DNA of 64,000 nucleotides from Nostoc sp. (lineage in GTDB: Bacteria > Cyanobacteriota > Cyanobacteriia > Cyanobacteriales > Nostocaceae): the NCBI GenBank assembly GCA_036918135.1, contig JBALDB010000053.1, positions 64,001-128,000 on the forward strand, written 5' to 3'. Of this stretch, positions 10,064 to 21,756 are shown one piece after another. The position numbers and the translations under genes are program-made. Below the pieces are notes generated by a model that had not been told where the DNA came from, ran no database searches, and was given only the letters and a program-made list of their open reading frames with translations. Every line of letters starts with the position of its first letter. Position 1 is the first letter of the stretch.

Positions 10064-13000
10064 TCACTGCCCTGTCGGGTTTCCTTCTTCAACTGGACGA
10101 ATAATCGCAGCAGGTGGTGTGACTTCTGGTTGAAAAATTGCTTGTAATGCTTGTTCTAATGTTTGTGCCATCACAATCCGGTTTTCGTAAGCCACAACTA
10201 CTCGCACTAAAGTTGGCAAGCTGTTTTGTGTAGCTTCTAGATAAATTGGCTCGACGTAAAGTAGCGATTGCTCAATGGGAATTACTAATAAATTTCCCTG
10301 AATAGCTCTCGAACCTTGGCGATTCCATAAAGAAATTTGCTGGGAAATTACTGGGTCTTGGTTAATCCGTGCTTCAATTTGTTCCGGGCCGAAGATTAGT
10401 TTTTCTTTAGGAAAGATATATAACAATAACTTCCCGTAATTAACACTATCGGATCGCGCTGCTAACCAAGCGATTAAATTAGTCCGCTGTTTGGGAGTAT
10501 AGGGCAAAAGCAGGATAAATTCTTCAAAGGTTACAGTAGGTAGACCAGTAATCAAATAATACGGTTCTACCGGACGGGGTTCGCTGCCATAGATTTCGTT
10601 AGGAATCTGCCACTGGTCTTCCCGGTTGTAAAATACTTGGGGATCGGTCATGTGGTAGGTCATCAACCGCTGAGATTGAATTTTGAAGAAGTCCTCAGGA
10701 TAGCGGATATGATTGCGGAGGTTAACTGGCATGGCGCTGAGCGGTTTGAAGGTGTTGGGAAATATCTTCGACCAAGTCGCAATAATTGGATCGCTGCGAT
10801 CGGCAATATAAAAGTTAACGATGCCGTGGTAGGCATCAATCACTACCTTCACAGAGTTACGGATATAATTAATCCCGTCGCTACCAATGTCTGAGTAAGG
10901 ATAGCGATCGCTTGTCGTGTAGGCGTCCACAATCCAGTAAAGATAATTTTTCCCATTTGGGTAGTCTGGATTGGTATTGTTAAGATTTGCATTAGCAGTC
11001 ACCAGATAAGGGTCGCTGTCAAATTGCAAAAAAGGGGCGATCGCTTGAATTCTTTGCTTGATATTCCGCCGTAATAGCAGTTTTGTATCTGGTAAAAAGT
11101 CCTGCGTCAAGACCATCTGCCAATCTTTCAAATACATGGCAAATAGCCAGCGACGCCATCCTGAACCAATTTTAATCCCACCCCGTCCATCGTAAGAGTT
11201 GTAAACATTGTCACTACCGCTGGGGTAGTCCAATTCTCTAACTTTTGTACCAGTCATGACATAAGTATTAGTGATTTCACCGTAATAAATCCGGGGTTTT
11301 ACAATGGGAATACTTTCACGAATACCTTGACTGGAAGTTGTCAGGGCGCTACTATCACTGCTAATATCTTTGACAAAATATTCTGGTAGCCCACCCGGCG
11401 CGACTGTATTCACTGGGCTAACAGTAAACCCGAAACCGTGGGTATAAATTAGATGGCGGTTAACCCAGGTTTGAGCCTGCTGTGGTACGGCACCGTAGTC
11501 TAATTCTCGTGCAGCAATTAATACCTGACGCCGTTCTGCTGCTCTAACTAATTCCTGTTTCGGCGCTGCGGGGACAGATTCTCGGTCTGAACTTACCTCT
11601 GTTTTCAGAGTATAGCGATCGATATCCGCATCGGGAAACCGATAGTATGGTCGAATTTGTTGTAGCTGACGGTTAGTTTCTAGCAGTGGTCGCTCATCCC
11701 AAAGGCGGACATTGCGAATTGTTAAGTTATTTTTTTGAATATCAGCTTCAGTTAATGTTCCTTGGGGGTTGAAGATTCTAGCATCGATCGCTTCTAAATC
11801 GAATGCTTGACGAGTCAAGGCAATAGTACGCTGAATGTAGGGTTGCTCTGTTTGCAATTCATTTGGTTGGACAATTAAATATTGCACCACAGTCGGAAGA
11901 ACAACGTCAGCGGCTGGAACTAATATTAGATAAACGCCTAATCCGTAAACCACCAAACGGCGATACTGAGATTTAGGTTTCCAGAACAACGTTCGCCAAA
12001 GTAAGTAAAAGGCGATGCCAAGAGCCACAACGCCCAAGACAGTGTAAGCTGGCAACTGGGCTGTGACATCGGTATAGCTAGCACCATAACTGACTCCACG
12101 GGTAGAATAAACCAGTTCATAGCGACTTAACCAATAACTCAAACCTACTAAGAGCATCAACAAGCCACCTATAGCATATAAATGACGCTGCTGCTGGGGT
12201 GAAAAACCAGGGAAAATCCCCTGACTCAAACTCTCAGCCGATAGGAGATAAGTCAGGCTGACGGCGACAAAGCCATACAAAAATAATCCCATCAGCCAAA
12301 GTTCCAGCAGTTGCCAAAACGGTAAGGAAAATATGTAGAAGCTGATATCTTGACCAAATAAAGGCTCAGTATTGTTAAAAGTAGTAGGGTGGAAATATTC
12401 GAGTACTTTTGCCCAGTTTTGAAATAGTATCGACCCAAAAATGGTACTAAAGATAACTGCGATCGCTGTGAGTAAAAATCCTGGATAAATTAGAATAGCG
12501 ATCGCACCTCCCACAATTAAGCCGAGATACCAAATTTGAGAGACAATCTGCCTTAAGAGTTGCCAGATTTTTTGCGGTCGGAATAGGGCGGGAATCGGTA
12601 AGCTAGTGTTATCAATTGGAGAATGCCAGTAGGAAACAGCAATTTGCCCGTAGTGAGCCAGCATTAACCCTATCAACAAGCTGAATATCAAAGCTAGGGG
12701 CAACAACCACGGTAATTTTAATGGTTTTAAGGCTTGCGTCTCAGGTGTTAAGATTCGCTCCCGCCTAGAATAATCACGACTGAGAAAGTTTTTTGATTCA
12801 CTCTTAAGCTTAACTTCCTCAATCTTCAAAGACCGGGAATACTTTAGTCGTTGTGCTAAAGCTAGATTTATCAGTAGATAGGCGGCACTAACACTAGCTA
12901 CTACTACCCACAAAATACCACGAGTCACTAGTCGGACTAGAAATACTCGTAGGTAGCCCACTTCCTGAAACCAAAAAATTTCTGCTCCCAAGCGGGAAAC

Positions 13001-13066
13001 TAAATCCAGGAGTACCCAGAACCCCAGGAATACGATAAATACTCTAAAGCTCCATTTCCAGAACAT
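10064..13066 (-). CDS. UPF0182 family membrane protein
   Basis: Multi-TM N-terminal half; [14 protein letters not shown] and RIYYGE motifs. Confidence 0.92.
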   Translation of the reverse strand: MFWKWSFRVFIVFLGFWVLLDLVSRLGAEIFWFQEVGYLRVFLVRLVTRGILWVVVASVSAAYLLINLALAQRLKYSRSLKIEEVKLKSESKNFLSRDYSRRERILTPETQALKPLKLPWLLPLALIFSLLIGLMLAHYGQIAVSYWHSPIDNTSLPIPALFRPQKIWQLLRQIVSQIWYLGLIVGGAIAILIYPGFLLTAIAVIFSTIFGSILFQNWAKVLEYFHPTTFNNTEPLFGQDISFYIFSLPFWQLLELWLMGLFLYGFVAVSLTYLLSAESLSQGIFPGFSPQQQRHLYAIGGLLMLLVGLSYWLSRYELVYSTRGVSYGASYTDVTAQLPAYTVLGVVALGIAFYLLWRTLFWKPKSQYRRLVVYGLGVYLILVPAADVVLPTVVQYLIVQPNELQTEQPYIQRTIALTRQAFDLEAIDARIFNPQGTLTEADIQKNNLTIRNVRLWDERPLLETNRQLQQIRPYYRFPDADIDRYTLKTEVSSDRESVPAAPKQELVRAAERRQVLIAARELDYGAVPQQAQTWVNRHLIYTHGFGFTVSPVNTVAPGGLPEYFVKDISSDSSALTTSSQGIRESIPIVKPRIYYGEITNTYVMTGTKVRELDYPSGSDNVYNSYDGRGGIKIGSGWRRWLFAMYLKDWQMVLTQDFLPDTKLLLRRNIKQRIQAIAPFLQFDSDPYLVTANANLNNTNPDYPNGKNYLYWIVDAYTTSDRYPYSDIGSDGINYIRNSVKVVIDAYHGIVNFYIADRSDPIIATWSKIFPNTFKPLSAMPVNLRNHIRYPEDFFKIQSQRLMTYHMTDPQVFYNREDQWQIPNEIYGSEPRPVEPYYLITGLPTVTFEEFILLLPYTPKQRTNLIAWLAARSDSVNYGKLLLYIFPKEKLIFGPEQIEARINQDPVISQQISLWNRQGSRAIQGNLLVIPIEQSLLYVEPIYLEATQNSLPTLVRVVVAYENRIVMAQTLEQALQAIFQPEVTPPAAIIRPVEEGNPTGQ

Positions 13067-13127
13067 TCCCTGGCAGCCAATCTAGTACTTTTTATAATTC
13101 TAGTCCTCACAAAAGACTATGAAGCAA

Positions 13128-13157
13128 CAATCCCATCGGCTAAAGTCGGTGGGATTG
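13128..13157 (-). terminator. Stem-loop downstream of the pentapeptide gene
   Basis: CAATCCCATCGGC-TAAA-GTCGGTGGGATTG. Confidence 0.45.
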
Positions 13158-13241
13158 TCAATACTTTGATTAAGTGGAGTTATTTTGCTGATAAAAGTAG
13201 CACAAGCACTTTGATTTCCGGCTGTAGCTATGCAGTTTTAT

Positions 13242-13931
13242 TTACTGAACGACGAATCCTTCAGGTCTGATGGCGTCTTCCAAATCAACTCCCATCAGGT
13301 TTACTCCCTGCATATTTGCGTTTGTGAGATTTGTGTCTTCTAAGTCTGCGTCCTGCAAGTTTGCCGCTTGGAGGTTAGCTCCCAATAAGTTAGCCTTCTC
13401 TAAGTCTGCATCAAACAGGTTTGCTCCCGCCAAATTTGCTCCGGCGATGTTTGCTTTGCCTAAATCTGCTCCTTGTAAATTTGCTCGTTGTAAGTTTGTT
13501 CGCTGTAAGTTCGCTCTTTCAAAATCTGCTTTTTGTAGGTTTGCACCTTCCAAGTTTGCCGCTTGCAGGTTTACATCCTTGAGAACTGCCCCAGTCAAGT
13601 TACACCCGACACATTCTTTGGTTGCTAGTAAACGTTTAACGTTTGCTGCTACAGACTCCACTGGTAACACAGTTGGAGATATTACGGGAGCTGGTTCTAA
13701 GATTGGCGATACAGTTGGAGGTATTACTGGATCTGGTTCCAAGATTGGCGATACAGTTGGAGGTATTACTGGATCTGGTTCTAAAGCTGGTTGGGATTGT
13801 TTGGGTATGAATGGTGTTAGTGTTTTAGCTTTAGCGCTGGGCTGGTCAACTAATAAAAATGCTACTACAAGTACTAGAAATACGGCAGTTAAGATCCGCT
13901 GAGTTAATTTTTTTAGATTTGGTTTATTCAT
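13242..13931 (-). CDS. Exported pentapeptide-repeat protein
   Basis: Signal/TM segment, CVGCNL, A(N/D)LxG repeats. Start reassigned to ATG 13931 after a GAGG RBS. Confidence 0.88.
   Translation of the reverse strand: MNKPNLKKLTQRILTAVFLVLVVAFLLVDQPSAKAKTLTPFIPKQSQPALEPDPVIPPTVSPILEPDPVIPPTVSPILEPAPVISPTVLPVESVAANVKRLLATKECVGCNLTGAVLKDVNLQAANLEGANLQKADFERANLQRTNLQRANLQGADLGKANIAGANLAGANLFDADLEKANLLGANLQAANLQDADLEDTNLTNANMQGVNLMGVDLEDAIRPEGFVVQ
13669..13784 (-). repeat. 42-bp coding tandem repeat, about 2.8 copies (LEPDPVIPPTVSPI)
   Basis: Units start at 13669, 13711 and 13753. Confidence 0.9.
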
Positions 13932-14235
13932 TAGTTCCTCTCTATTGTCATTTGCAGTGATGGACTTACTTTTGTATGAGCTACCAATAATGTGCTTGAT
14001 TTTCACTTTAAATAAGCTGATTGATAAGAGCAAATATTATTTTTATTCAAAATAATAAATACAGGTGATGAAGAAATTTTTACAGATGGGAAACTAGAGG
14101 CTGATTTTTTGAGCAAATCAGCTACATGATACCCATCAAGAGTTTTGAGTAGCTAATTGCACAGATGCATGGCGGCGAATCAAAAAATATAGTATCCCAA
14201 GGTAGGAAGTAAAGCATGAGGCGATCGCGTTATGC

Positions 14236-14913
14236 CTAATGGGAAAGCATTGCCAAACTCGGTAAAAGCCGATATGTTTCACTTTTAATCAAGATAGACA
14301 GTCCCAAGTAAATTAAGATAAAGGGGAAGATTTTTCGACCATAGCGAGTTAAAACTGGTGTCATCAGAGGATTACGAGTGAGGTTGTAAGAGAGTAAGCA
14401 CCACGCTCCAATAGCCAAATAGCAAACACACACAATTACACTCAAACTTGGAAGATTGCTAGTAGCAAACAACGGTACATAGATCCCAATGTTATTTCCG
14501 CCATTGGCAATTGTCACAGCCGAAACACGATAAGTTTGGGGATCGCGGATGATTGCCAATAGTGATTTCTTCTGACGCCCAGATTTGTTCAAAGAGGTCA
14601 ACACTGACACAGCTTGCACTGTCTCTGGTTCGTCTTCTCGACTGATGAAATTACTGATACCAATGGCGATGGGAAGCAAACCTAGCAATCCAATCCAAGT
14701 ACTTGGAATCACCAGACCACCGAAGAAACCAGGGAGACTAGCGCATACTAATGTAGTAAATCCTAAAAATTCACCGATAACAACATGCTTGGGACGAAAG
14801 GTGCGATTGACTTTTCCAAAAAAAGCCGTCAAATATAAATTATCGTCAAAGGTGGTTGCAAAAGCGACAGAGACCCCAATAATTACCGTACTAATTAGCC
14901 AACTCATGGTCAT
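14236..14913 (-). CDS. CadD-family (cadmium resistance) transporter
   Basis: ATTFDD, WIGLLGLLPIAIG and VTIANGGNNIGIYVPLF motifs. Confidence 0.88.
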   Translation of the reverse strand: MTMSWLISTVIIGVSVAFATTFDDNLYLTAFFGKVNRTFRPKHVVIGEFLGFTTLVCASLPGFFGGLVIPSTWIGLLGLLPIAIGISNFISREDEPETVQAVSVLTSLNKSGRQKKSLLAIIRDPQTYRVSAVTIANGGNNIGIYVPLFATSNLPSLSVIVCVCYLAIGAWCLLSYNLTRNPLMTPVLTRYGRKIFPFILIYLGLSILIKSETYRLLPSLAMLSH

Positions 14914-15471
14914 TACTCACAATGATTCAATGCTCTTTGCTCGAAGTCCTTCTCTGCTTCTCGATCTGATGGCAGTTCAGGAGATGTTGTGATTGTTTTG
15001 CCTAGCGACAATTAATCGAAGTTCGCTTGGCATTAGTCAATTCCCCAATTTTGAGAATTTTGGAGAGTGATGCCTACGGTAGTAAACTACGCCTCCAATT
15101 AAATTCGCATCAAATTGGTAATTTTTTTCTCAGCAAGGTACCCTGGGAGTTCATGGTGTCAATATTATGGCTTTTAACCGAATAAGAGCAAATACTCTTG
15201 TTTTTTAAAATGATAAATTAAAGTGATTAATAGTTTGACCTTACTCAGTAGTGAGTCGTGACTCACCAAAGTTCAAATCTCAGCCAACCCAGAATTTAGG
15301 CACTCCAAATTTAATTAATAATTATGAATTAAATTCAAAATGGTTTTCGTTAAATGCTAAGTAAATTTCTGTCACTCAAGTCTGAAATCTTCTTGGCAAC
15401 TAGCAATCGACATCGGTTAATATAACTAATCGCGCTCTGACTTTACAGTAAATCCGGTTGCAAATGCGTTG

Positions 15472-15499
15472 GTAGGGGCATACAGTTGTACGCCCCTAC
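15472..15499. repeat. GTAG-REP-like palindrome
   Basis: GTAGGGGCATACAGTTGTACGCCCCTAC. Confidence 0.65.
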
Positions 15500-15537
15500 G
15501 TGGTATTAGTAACGTTTAATTTTTTGAACTTGTAATT

Positions 15538-15972
15538 ATGCTAACTAGTGTTGACCGTTTATTATTTGTCCGGCGAGTCCCAATTTTTAAGGAATTGCGG
15601 GATGATTTTATTGTACGGCTGACTTCAGTAATGAACGAACTATCGTTTCCAGCTAATTACACGATTTTTAGGCAAGGAGAAGAAGGGCGATCGCTCTACA
15701 TTGTCGTCTCAGGCCGAGTCAAAGTTCACATAGGTAATAAAAAGCTAGCAGAGGTAGAACAGGGAAAATATTTTGGGGAGATGGCAGTATTTGATACTCA
15801 ACCTCGTTCCGCCACCGCAACCACTTTAGAACCTTGTGAATTTTTAGAACTGACCCAAGAGCAATTGTATGATGCCATTGAAGAAACTCCAGATATTGCA
15901 GTGAATATCATTCGTGAGTTATCGCGGTTGATTCGCAAGCTGAATGAGAATGTTGATGTTAACGCTTCATGA
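15538..15972 (+). CDS. Stand-alone cyclic-nucleotide-binding domain protein
   Basis: FGEMA...PRSATA phosphate-binding cassette. Confidence 0.9.
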   Translation: MLTSVDRLLFVRRVPIFKELRDDFIVRLTSVMNELSFPANYTIFRQGEEGRSLYIVVSGRVKVHIGNKKLAEVEQGKYFGEMAVFDTQPRSATATTLEPCEFLELTQEQLYDAIEETPDIAVNIIRELSRLIRKLNENVDVNAS

Positions 15973-16207
15973 ACTTTACTTAATCTAAAATAAAAATATT
16001 TCTTCTAACTGATTCAGACATTTTCTAAATCATTATTAAGCCATTTTGTATAATTAAAAAGCTAAAAAAGCATAAAGTAAATATATATACTTAGAAAATT
16101 GCCTTGAGTTTGTTCACAATCAAGAATAAATTTCATTATAAAAACTGTTTCTTCATTTGAGCGCAAATGTTATTTTTAATACATAAAATATTATATATTT
16201 CAAACAG

Positions 16208-16648
16208 ATGACGGCTTTATTTGAGATTTGTTCTAAACAAGATTACAGTATTGCTCAATTTCATGTTGAGAAATGTTATCTTAACGGTTGGATCGATATC
16301 CTCTTGTCTGTAGTAAATATTGACACTCCAAATGGAGAATTATCAACTCTTAATTTTAATCTATCTGAGGATAAATCTTTTTATTCTATAAGGTATTTAA
16401 ATGATTTTGATACTTGTTGGTATCTTTTAAAGTTATTTAAAAGTGAGCAAAATCAGCCTACAATTAAAACTAGCATACCTTTTGATGAATGCCAGACAGA
16501 GGAGAAAGATTATGAACTAGCTGGTTTTAGTTCACAAGAAGAATATGAAGAGTATATGGCAGTTTCAGAATTTATTGACTCAGATGATTTTTTATCTATT
16601 GGCTATTCTCATGTAAGCTATGAACAATATGTTTCTGCTTATGAATAA
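16208..16648 (+). CDS. Hypothetical AT-rich acidic protein
   Basis: 146-aa ORF in very AT-rich DNA; no motif recognised. Confidence 0.55.
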   Translation: MTALFEICSKQDYSIAQFHVEKCYLNGWIDILLSVVNIDTPNGELSTLNFNLSEDKSFYSIRYLNDFDTCWYLLKLFKSEQNQPTIKTSIPFDECQTEEKDYELAGFSSQEEYEEYMAVSEFIDSDDFLSIGYSHVSYEQYVSAYE

Positions 16649-16861
16649 TAAAAACTTTTAACTCTCATCTAAAAAGTTATTTTAAAAACGTAATTTTTTA
16701 CTTACCTCAGCTACTATAAATCATGGCTACATAGACAAAAGCCATCTTCGTACGTTAAAAAGTCTTGATTTTTATGCTTTCCGCATAAAGTAAAGAAAGT
16801 TTGTGTAATAGCGAATTATATTGACCTAATAATTTTGAAACATCCTTTAAGACTTAACTTT

Positions 16862-18322
16862 CTAACTTCTACATTGCTGAATAAACCGTTGTGGCATGTC
16901 TACACTTTCTCCCCAATGCAAATGAACATAAGAAGCATAAACGTTTGTAGGCAAACCCCATCCCTCGCATCCCATATTTTCCTCACAATCGTAGCGAGAA
17001 GTGTCAAATAGGGGCTGACTGGGAGTTGAGGTTAAACAGGAACGATGAAACTCATGTCCATAAATAGTTTTACCCGCCTTCACCAACAGATTATCTTGCA
17101 AAGCTACAGCACGACGATATCCTAAAGTTAAACGTCCACCCATTTGAGCAGACGTTGGTAAAACTCCCACCATCGACCAAGATTTAGCTTCAAAATCGAT
17201 AATTTGCTCGCACAAATACATTAATCCACCACATTCGGCAATTGTGGGTATTCCTTTGAGAATTGCTGTTTTCACCGCATCACGGGCGGTGATATTTTCT
17301 GCTAATTGCTGAGCAAAAACTTCTGGAAAACCACCCCCAAAATACATCCCTTGGACATCTTTTGGTAGTTCAGCATCTACTAGAGGACTCCAGTAAACTA
17401 GTTCTGCACCAAGTTGTTGCAGCAAATCGAGATTGTCTTGGTAGTAGAAATTAAAAGCGCGATCGCGGGCAATGGCAATTCGGACTGGGGAGTAGGGAGT
17501 AGGGAGATGAGGAGATGGCGAGATGGCGAGAGGTTTTGATTTTAACAAGGGTAATAAGCTGTGCCAATCGAAGCAGGTATCTCCTAAATCGGCGAGGCGA
17601 TTGATGACAGCATCGAGTTCGGGAAGTTCGGCGGTGGGTACTAAACCCAAATGGCGATCGGGAATTATGATATTATCTTGACGCCGCAGCACACCGAGAA
17701 TCGGTAATTGTAGGGGTTCTAGGGAGTCTTTGAGCAGAGACAGATGGCGATCGCTCCCTACTCGATTTAAAACTACCCCAGCCATTTTAATTCGGGGATC
17801 GAAAGATTTATAGCCGTGAGCGATCGCGGCTACAGAACCAGACAAACGGCTACAATCAATTACCAACACCACAGGTAAATCTAATAGTCGCGCGATGTGT
17901 GCCGTACTGGCAAAATCAGTAATTTGTCCTTTGTCATTTGTCCTTTGTCCTCTCTTACAAAGTTCTGATTCAAGGAAGCCTTGGCTCAGACTTTGCGCTT
18001 TGTCTTTTGCAATTGACCAATGACCAATGACCAATGACGAAACTCCATCAAATAGCCCCATTACCCCTTCCACTAGGGCATATTCACTTAATTGACTATG
18101 ACGGGCAAAACATTGCTGAACGTAGGCTTCAGAAGTTAGTACTGGATCTAAATTTCGACAAGGACGATTAGTTACATGTTGATGAAACATGGGGTCGATG
18201 TAATCTGGCCCGACCTTGAAAGATTGCACGGGGCGATCGCGACGACATAAAGATGCTAAAAGGGCGAGCGTAACTGTTGTCTTGCCCACCCCACTACGTT
18301 CTCCAGCAATGATTACAGACAT
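16862..18322 (-). CDS. cobB: Cobyrinate a,c-diamide synthase
   Basis: SGVGKT, FKVGPDYIDP, EGVMGLFDG and AECGG motifs. Confidence 0.93.
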   Translation of the reverse strand: MSVIIAGERSGVGKTTVTLALLASLCRRDRPVQSFKVGPDYIDPMFHQHVTNRPCRNLDPVLTSEAYVQQCFARHSQLSEYALVEGVMGLFDGVSSLVIGHWSIAKDKAQSLSQGFLESELCKRGQRTNDKGQITDFASTAHIARLLDLPVVLVIDCSRLSGSVAAIAHGYKSFDPRIKMAGVVLNRVGSDRHLSLLKDSLEPLQLPILGVLRRQDNIIIPDRHLGLVPTAELPELDAVINRLADLGDTCFDWHSLLPLLKSKPLAISPSPHLPTPYSPVRIAIARDRAFNFYYQDNLDLLQQLGAELVYWSPLVDAELPKDVQGMYFGGGFPEVFAQQLAENITARDAVKTAILKGIPTIAECGGLMYLCEQIIDFEAKSWSMVGVLPTSAQMGGRLTLGYRRAVALQDNLLVKAGKTIYGHEFHRSCLTSTPSQPLFDTSRYDCEENMGCEGWGLPTNVYASYVHLHWGESVDMPQRFIQQCRS

Positions 18323-18488
18323 AAAAAAGTTACGAGTTAGGAGTTATGAATTATAACTCCTAACTGTTGTACAGACGCGATTAACCCTTGTCTGTACTTT
18401 CAAGAAACAAGGCACAAGGGAAGAGGGTTTGACTTGTTTATTTCATTCGTAGCGGGTGGTGTGCCGCTTGTGCGCCTGCTCCTAACTT

Positions 18489-19853
18489 TTAACTCTCAAT
18501 TTTAAAAGTTTTCGCGATCACTCCGAGACTTTCTTCAAAAAGTGACTCCCGACCCCAGCGTTGCACCTGCTGACTCAGCAATGCTTCCGCCTTTTGTTCC
18601 GAAAGTGAACTCACTTGTTGAAATAGACCTGCGGCTTGGGCACCACCGTGTGTTTCCATCCGCATACAACCACCTGTTTCTGAGCAGATGACTGTACCGC
18701 AATCTGCTTGGGGATTTGTAGAACTCAGGCGGATGGCAATCAAGTCACCAATAATCTCACCAATATCGGCAACAGGAACTCCGCCTAACTCGGCTTCTAC
18801 TTGTCGCTGCTCGTGGGCAACAAAGCGAATTTTAGTAATGTCGTAATCTCCACTTTCCTTTTGATAGGAAACTGGCAGCCATCCTAGCCGACTTGCCAGC
18901 CAACCCAAAAACAGCAATGCCTGTGCTGGGTTGCCTTTTTCGTAATCAATTGTTACTTTGTCAATTTCCTTGAGAGCCGCGCAACGGTGGGGTGCGTCGT
19001 AGGCTTCAGCTGTTAATTCCTGCCATGCCGAAAGGCGACGCCAGTTCAAGTCAGCTAGGGGAACACCACTTTCCACCAACTCTTCAAGGCGAAGTAAATC
19101 ACTTTCTGGCTCATTAAAGCGGCAAGAATCTACAATCACATTATTGCAGACTGCCGCCAACCGCTTGAATAAAGTGTTGTTGGGGTCTGGTGTTGCCTTC
19201 CACCAAAGAAATTTGGGCAAGCCACCAATCAACAATGCTGGAATCATCCCGCCTATGCGTTCCAAAGCGGCAGCAGTACCGCTGAGAGTTATATATTCGC
19301 AGCAGATGAGTGTACTTGAGGATTGCTTTTGGATCGGGCAATAAGCAGAAACTTGAGCCTTGACCCCTTCATCTTCTCCAGTAATGGGAAACAGGGCAAT
19401 AATCCGGCAGGGGTTACGCAGAGCAATTTCATCGGCTATCCTGGGACTTGGAGCATTTAAGTTATAGGAAGAACTATTATCTCCGTTAGCCGCATTTCCT
19501 TGACGTTTGGTGAATTCTTCCCGTAATATAGCCAGGGTTTCAGGTGTTGCACTTCCAGTTTGTGGCAGTGCATATTTTCTCTGTACTTGCCGCAGGGCAG
19601 CCTCCATCTGAGGCCCTAAAATCCCGTCCAACGGCCCATTATAAAATCCTAAAGTAGCCAAAAGATATTGGGTTTCTTCTGGTTCGTAAACTACTAAAGT
19701 AAATGTCGTGGCGCGAGTAGCAGCAGGAAGCCCACCATCTTCGCCGGTAATGCCGTAACTTTGCCAGATTTGATGCAATTCCGCTTCTATTTCTGTAAGC
19801 GAAATATCTTTAGGTGTCTGGAGTGAAAAAATTGTAGAAGCTTGGGGAGCCAT
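18489..19853 (-). CDS. opcA: G6PDH assembly/activator protein OpcA
   Basis: PCRII and DLNWRRL motifs; lies directly downstream of zwf. Confidence 0.93.
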   Translation of the reverse strand: MAPQASTIFSLQTPKDISLTEIEAELHQIWQSYGITGEDGGLPAATRATTFTLVVYEPEETQYLLATLGFYNGPLDGILGPQMEAALRQVQRKYALPQTGSATPETLAILREEFTKRQGNAANGDNSSSYNLNAPSPRIADEIALRNPCRIIALFPITGEDEGVKAQVSAYCPIQKQSSSTLICCEYITLSGTAAALERIGGMIPALLIGGLPKFLWWKATPDPNNTLFKRLAAVCNNVIVDSCRFNEPESDLLRLEELVESGVPLADLNWRRLSAWQELTAEAYDAPHRCAALKEIDKVTIDYEKGNPAQALLFLGWLASRLGWLPVSYQKESGDYDITKIRFVAHEQRQVEAELGGVPVADIGEIIGDLIAIRLSSTNPQADCGTVICSETGGCMRMETHGGAQAAGLFQQVSSLSEQKAEALLSQQVQRWGRESLFEESLGVIAKTFKIES

Positions 19854-20014
19854 AGTAGTTTTGAGTTGTCAGCTTTGTTTGTTGAATAAGTTAGAAGTTA
19901 GGAGTTGGGAGTTAAAATTAGGAGTTAGAAGAACTGAAATTCTTAACTGAAGAACTCATAATTTATTATTCATTACTCATAAATTATTACTCCTAACTCT
20001 TAACTCCTAAGTTT

Positions 20015-21544
20015 CTACAGTCTGCGCCAGCGACGGCCATCCTGGTTAATTAATAATTCTGCTTCCGCTGGTTCCCAAGTACCAGCTTCGTACTGAGGAA
20101 TGGAGGTTGGGTCTGTGGGTGCATCCCAAACTGAAAGCGCTGGAGTTACTACTTGCCAAGCTGCTTCTACTTCGTCGGCACGGGTAAATAATGTTTGATC
20201 GCCCATCATACAATCAAGGAAGAGGCGATCGTAAGCATCGGAAGTGGCTTGAATACCAAAGGAGCCGTAACTAAAGTCCATGTCAACGGAACGGGTACGG
20301 AATTCGGCCCCAGGCATTTTCACATCAAAGCGCAGGGAAATTCCTTCATTCGGCTGAATCCGCATTGCCAAAATATTGGCATTTCTCTGTTGCGCGGCGG
20401 ATTGAAACATCCGAGAAGGAACGTCGCGGAAGTGGATGGAAATCTCACTAACTTTTTTCGGCATCCGCTTACCGGTACGCAGGTAGAAGGGAACACCTTG
20501 CCAGCGCCAATTATCAACTATAAACTTCATCGCTACATAGGTGGGTGTTGCGGATTGGGGAGCGACACCTGGTTCTTCCCGATACCCTGGTACTGGTTGA
20601 CCTTTCATCCAGCCTGCACTATATTGACCGCGCACTGCCGAACGCGAGAGATTGTGAACATCAGCTAAACGGGTAGCTTGGAGTGCCTTGACTTTTTCAG
20701 TACGGATGCTGTCAGCATCCATTGAGTTGGGTGCTTCCATCGCTGTCAGGCAGTAAAGTTGCATTAAATGGTTTTGCAACATATCTCGTAGTGCGCCGGC
20801 GCTTTCATAGTAACCAGCCCGGTCTTCCACGCCCACGGTTTCTGCCACGGTAATTTGTACGTGGTCAACAAATTGACGATTCCACAACGGTTCAAAAATC
20901 GCATTGGCAAAGCGAAATACCAGCAAATTCTGGACTGTTTCTTTACCCAAGTAGTGGTCAATACGATAGACTTGGTTTTCTTTGCAAAATTTCTGTACCA
21001 CTTGGTTAAGACTCTGGGCAGAAGCCAAGTCACGACCAAAGGGTTTTTCAATTACCAGCCGATGTTTGTAGGGATCTTCTAGCATCCCAGCGGTTCCTAG
21101 CTGCTTAATTGCTTCAGGAAAAAATGCTGGGGCAACGGAGAGGTAAAACATCCGATTGCCTCGTGTGCCCCGCTTTTCGTCTAATTCAGTTAATAAGGTT
21201 TTCAGTTTTTGGTAACTTTCGGGCTTGTCTATATCACCAGGGCAGTAGAACAGACCTTGAGAAAAGTCTTGCCAGAGTTCCCCCAAATCGACATCGGCAT
21301 GTGCCTCCTCCATGCCTTTTTGCATCTGTTCGCGGAAGTATTCGTGGCTCCACTCTCGACGTGCCACGCCGACAATGGTAATTTCAGGTGGAATGCGCCG
21401 TTCTCGTCGCAACTTGTAAAGTGCTGGTACTAGTTTGCGCCAGGTAAGGTCACCGGAAGCGCCAAAGATAACTATAATTTGGGGTTCAGGCATCCCTTGT
21501 TGTTGGAGACCAACGCGCAAGGGATTTTCTAGCAGACTGACCAT
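20015..21544 (-). CDS. zwf: Glucose-6-phosphate dehydrogenase
   Basis: [20 protein letters not shown]. Start MVSLLENP at 21544; the upstream extension in the ORF track is translated repeat DNA. Confidence 0.96.
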   Translation of the reverse strand: MVSLLENPLRVGLQQQGMPEPQIIVIFGASGDLTWRKLVPALYKLRRERRIPPEITIVGVARREWSHEYFREQMQKGMEEAHADVDLGELWQDFSQGLFYCPGDIDKPESYQKLKTLLTELDEKRGTRGNRMFYLSVAPAFFPEAIKQLGTAGMLEDPYKHRLVIEKPFGRDLASAQSLNQVVQKFCKENQVYRIDHYLGKETVQNLLVFRFANAIFEPLWNRQFVDHVQITVAETVGVEDRAGYYESAGALRDMLQNHLMQLYCLTAMEAPNSMDADSIRTEKVKALQATRLADVHNLSRSAVRGQYSAGWMKGQPVPGYREEPGVAPQSATPTYVAMKFIVDNWRWQGVPFYLRTGKRMPKKVSEISIHFRDVPSRMFQSAAQQRNANILAMRIQPNEGISLRFDVKMPGAEFRTRSVDMDFSYGSFGIQATSDAYDRLFLDCMMGDQTLFTRADEVEAAWQVVTPALSVWDAPTDPTSIPQYEAGTWEPAEAELLINQDGRRWRRL

Positions 21545-21750
21545 AGGAATTTTAGATTTTAGATTTTGGATTTTGGATTGGGTACTGGGGATTGGGTATT
21601 GGAAATTGGGTATTGGGCATGGGGTAAGCCGGTAGTATGGGAGGTGTAGGAGGATGGAGAAGAAATCTTTCCCCCTTTCTCTCCCCACACTCCCCACACT
21701 CCCCATCTCTCCATCTCTCCATCTCTCCATCTCCCTACCTCCCCATTCCC
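21545..21750. repeat. STRR heptamer runs plus purine/pyrimidine palindrome
   Basis: ATTTT(A/G)G and GGGTATT runs, G-rich arm-AGAAATCTTT-C-rich arm, CCATCTCT runs. Confidence 0.85.
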
Positions 21751-21756
21751 CAGCTC

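Noticed and set aside
13270..13902. Long antisense or alternate-frame ORFs over repeat genes (also 45594-46184, 45847-46173, 61102-61557)
   Set aside because: Shadow ORFs caused by repetitive codons in pentapeptide and TPR arrays.
21545..21730. 62-aa N-terminal extension of Zwf
   Set aside because: It is translated intergenic repeat DNA; the conserved protein starts at MVSLLENP.
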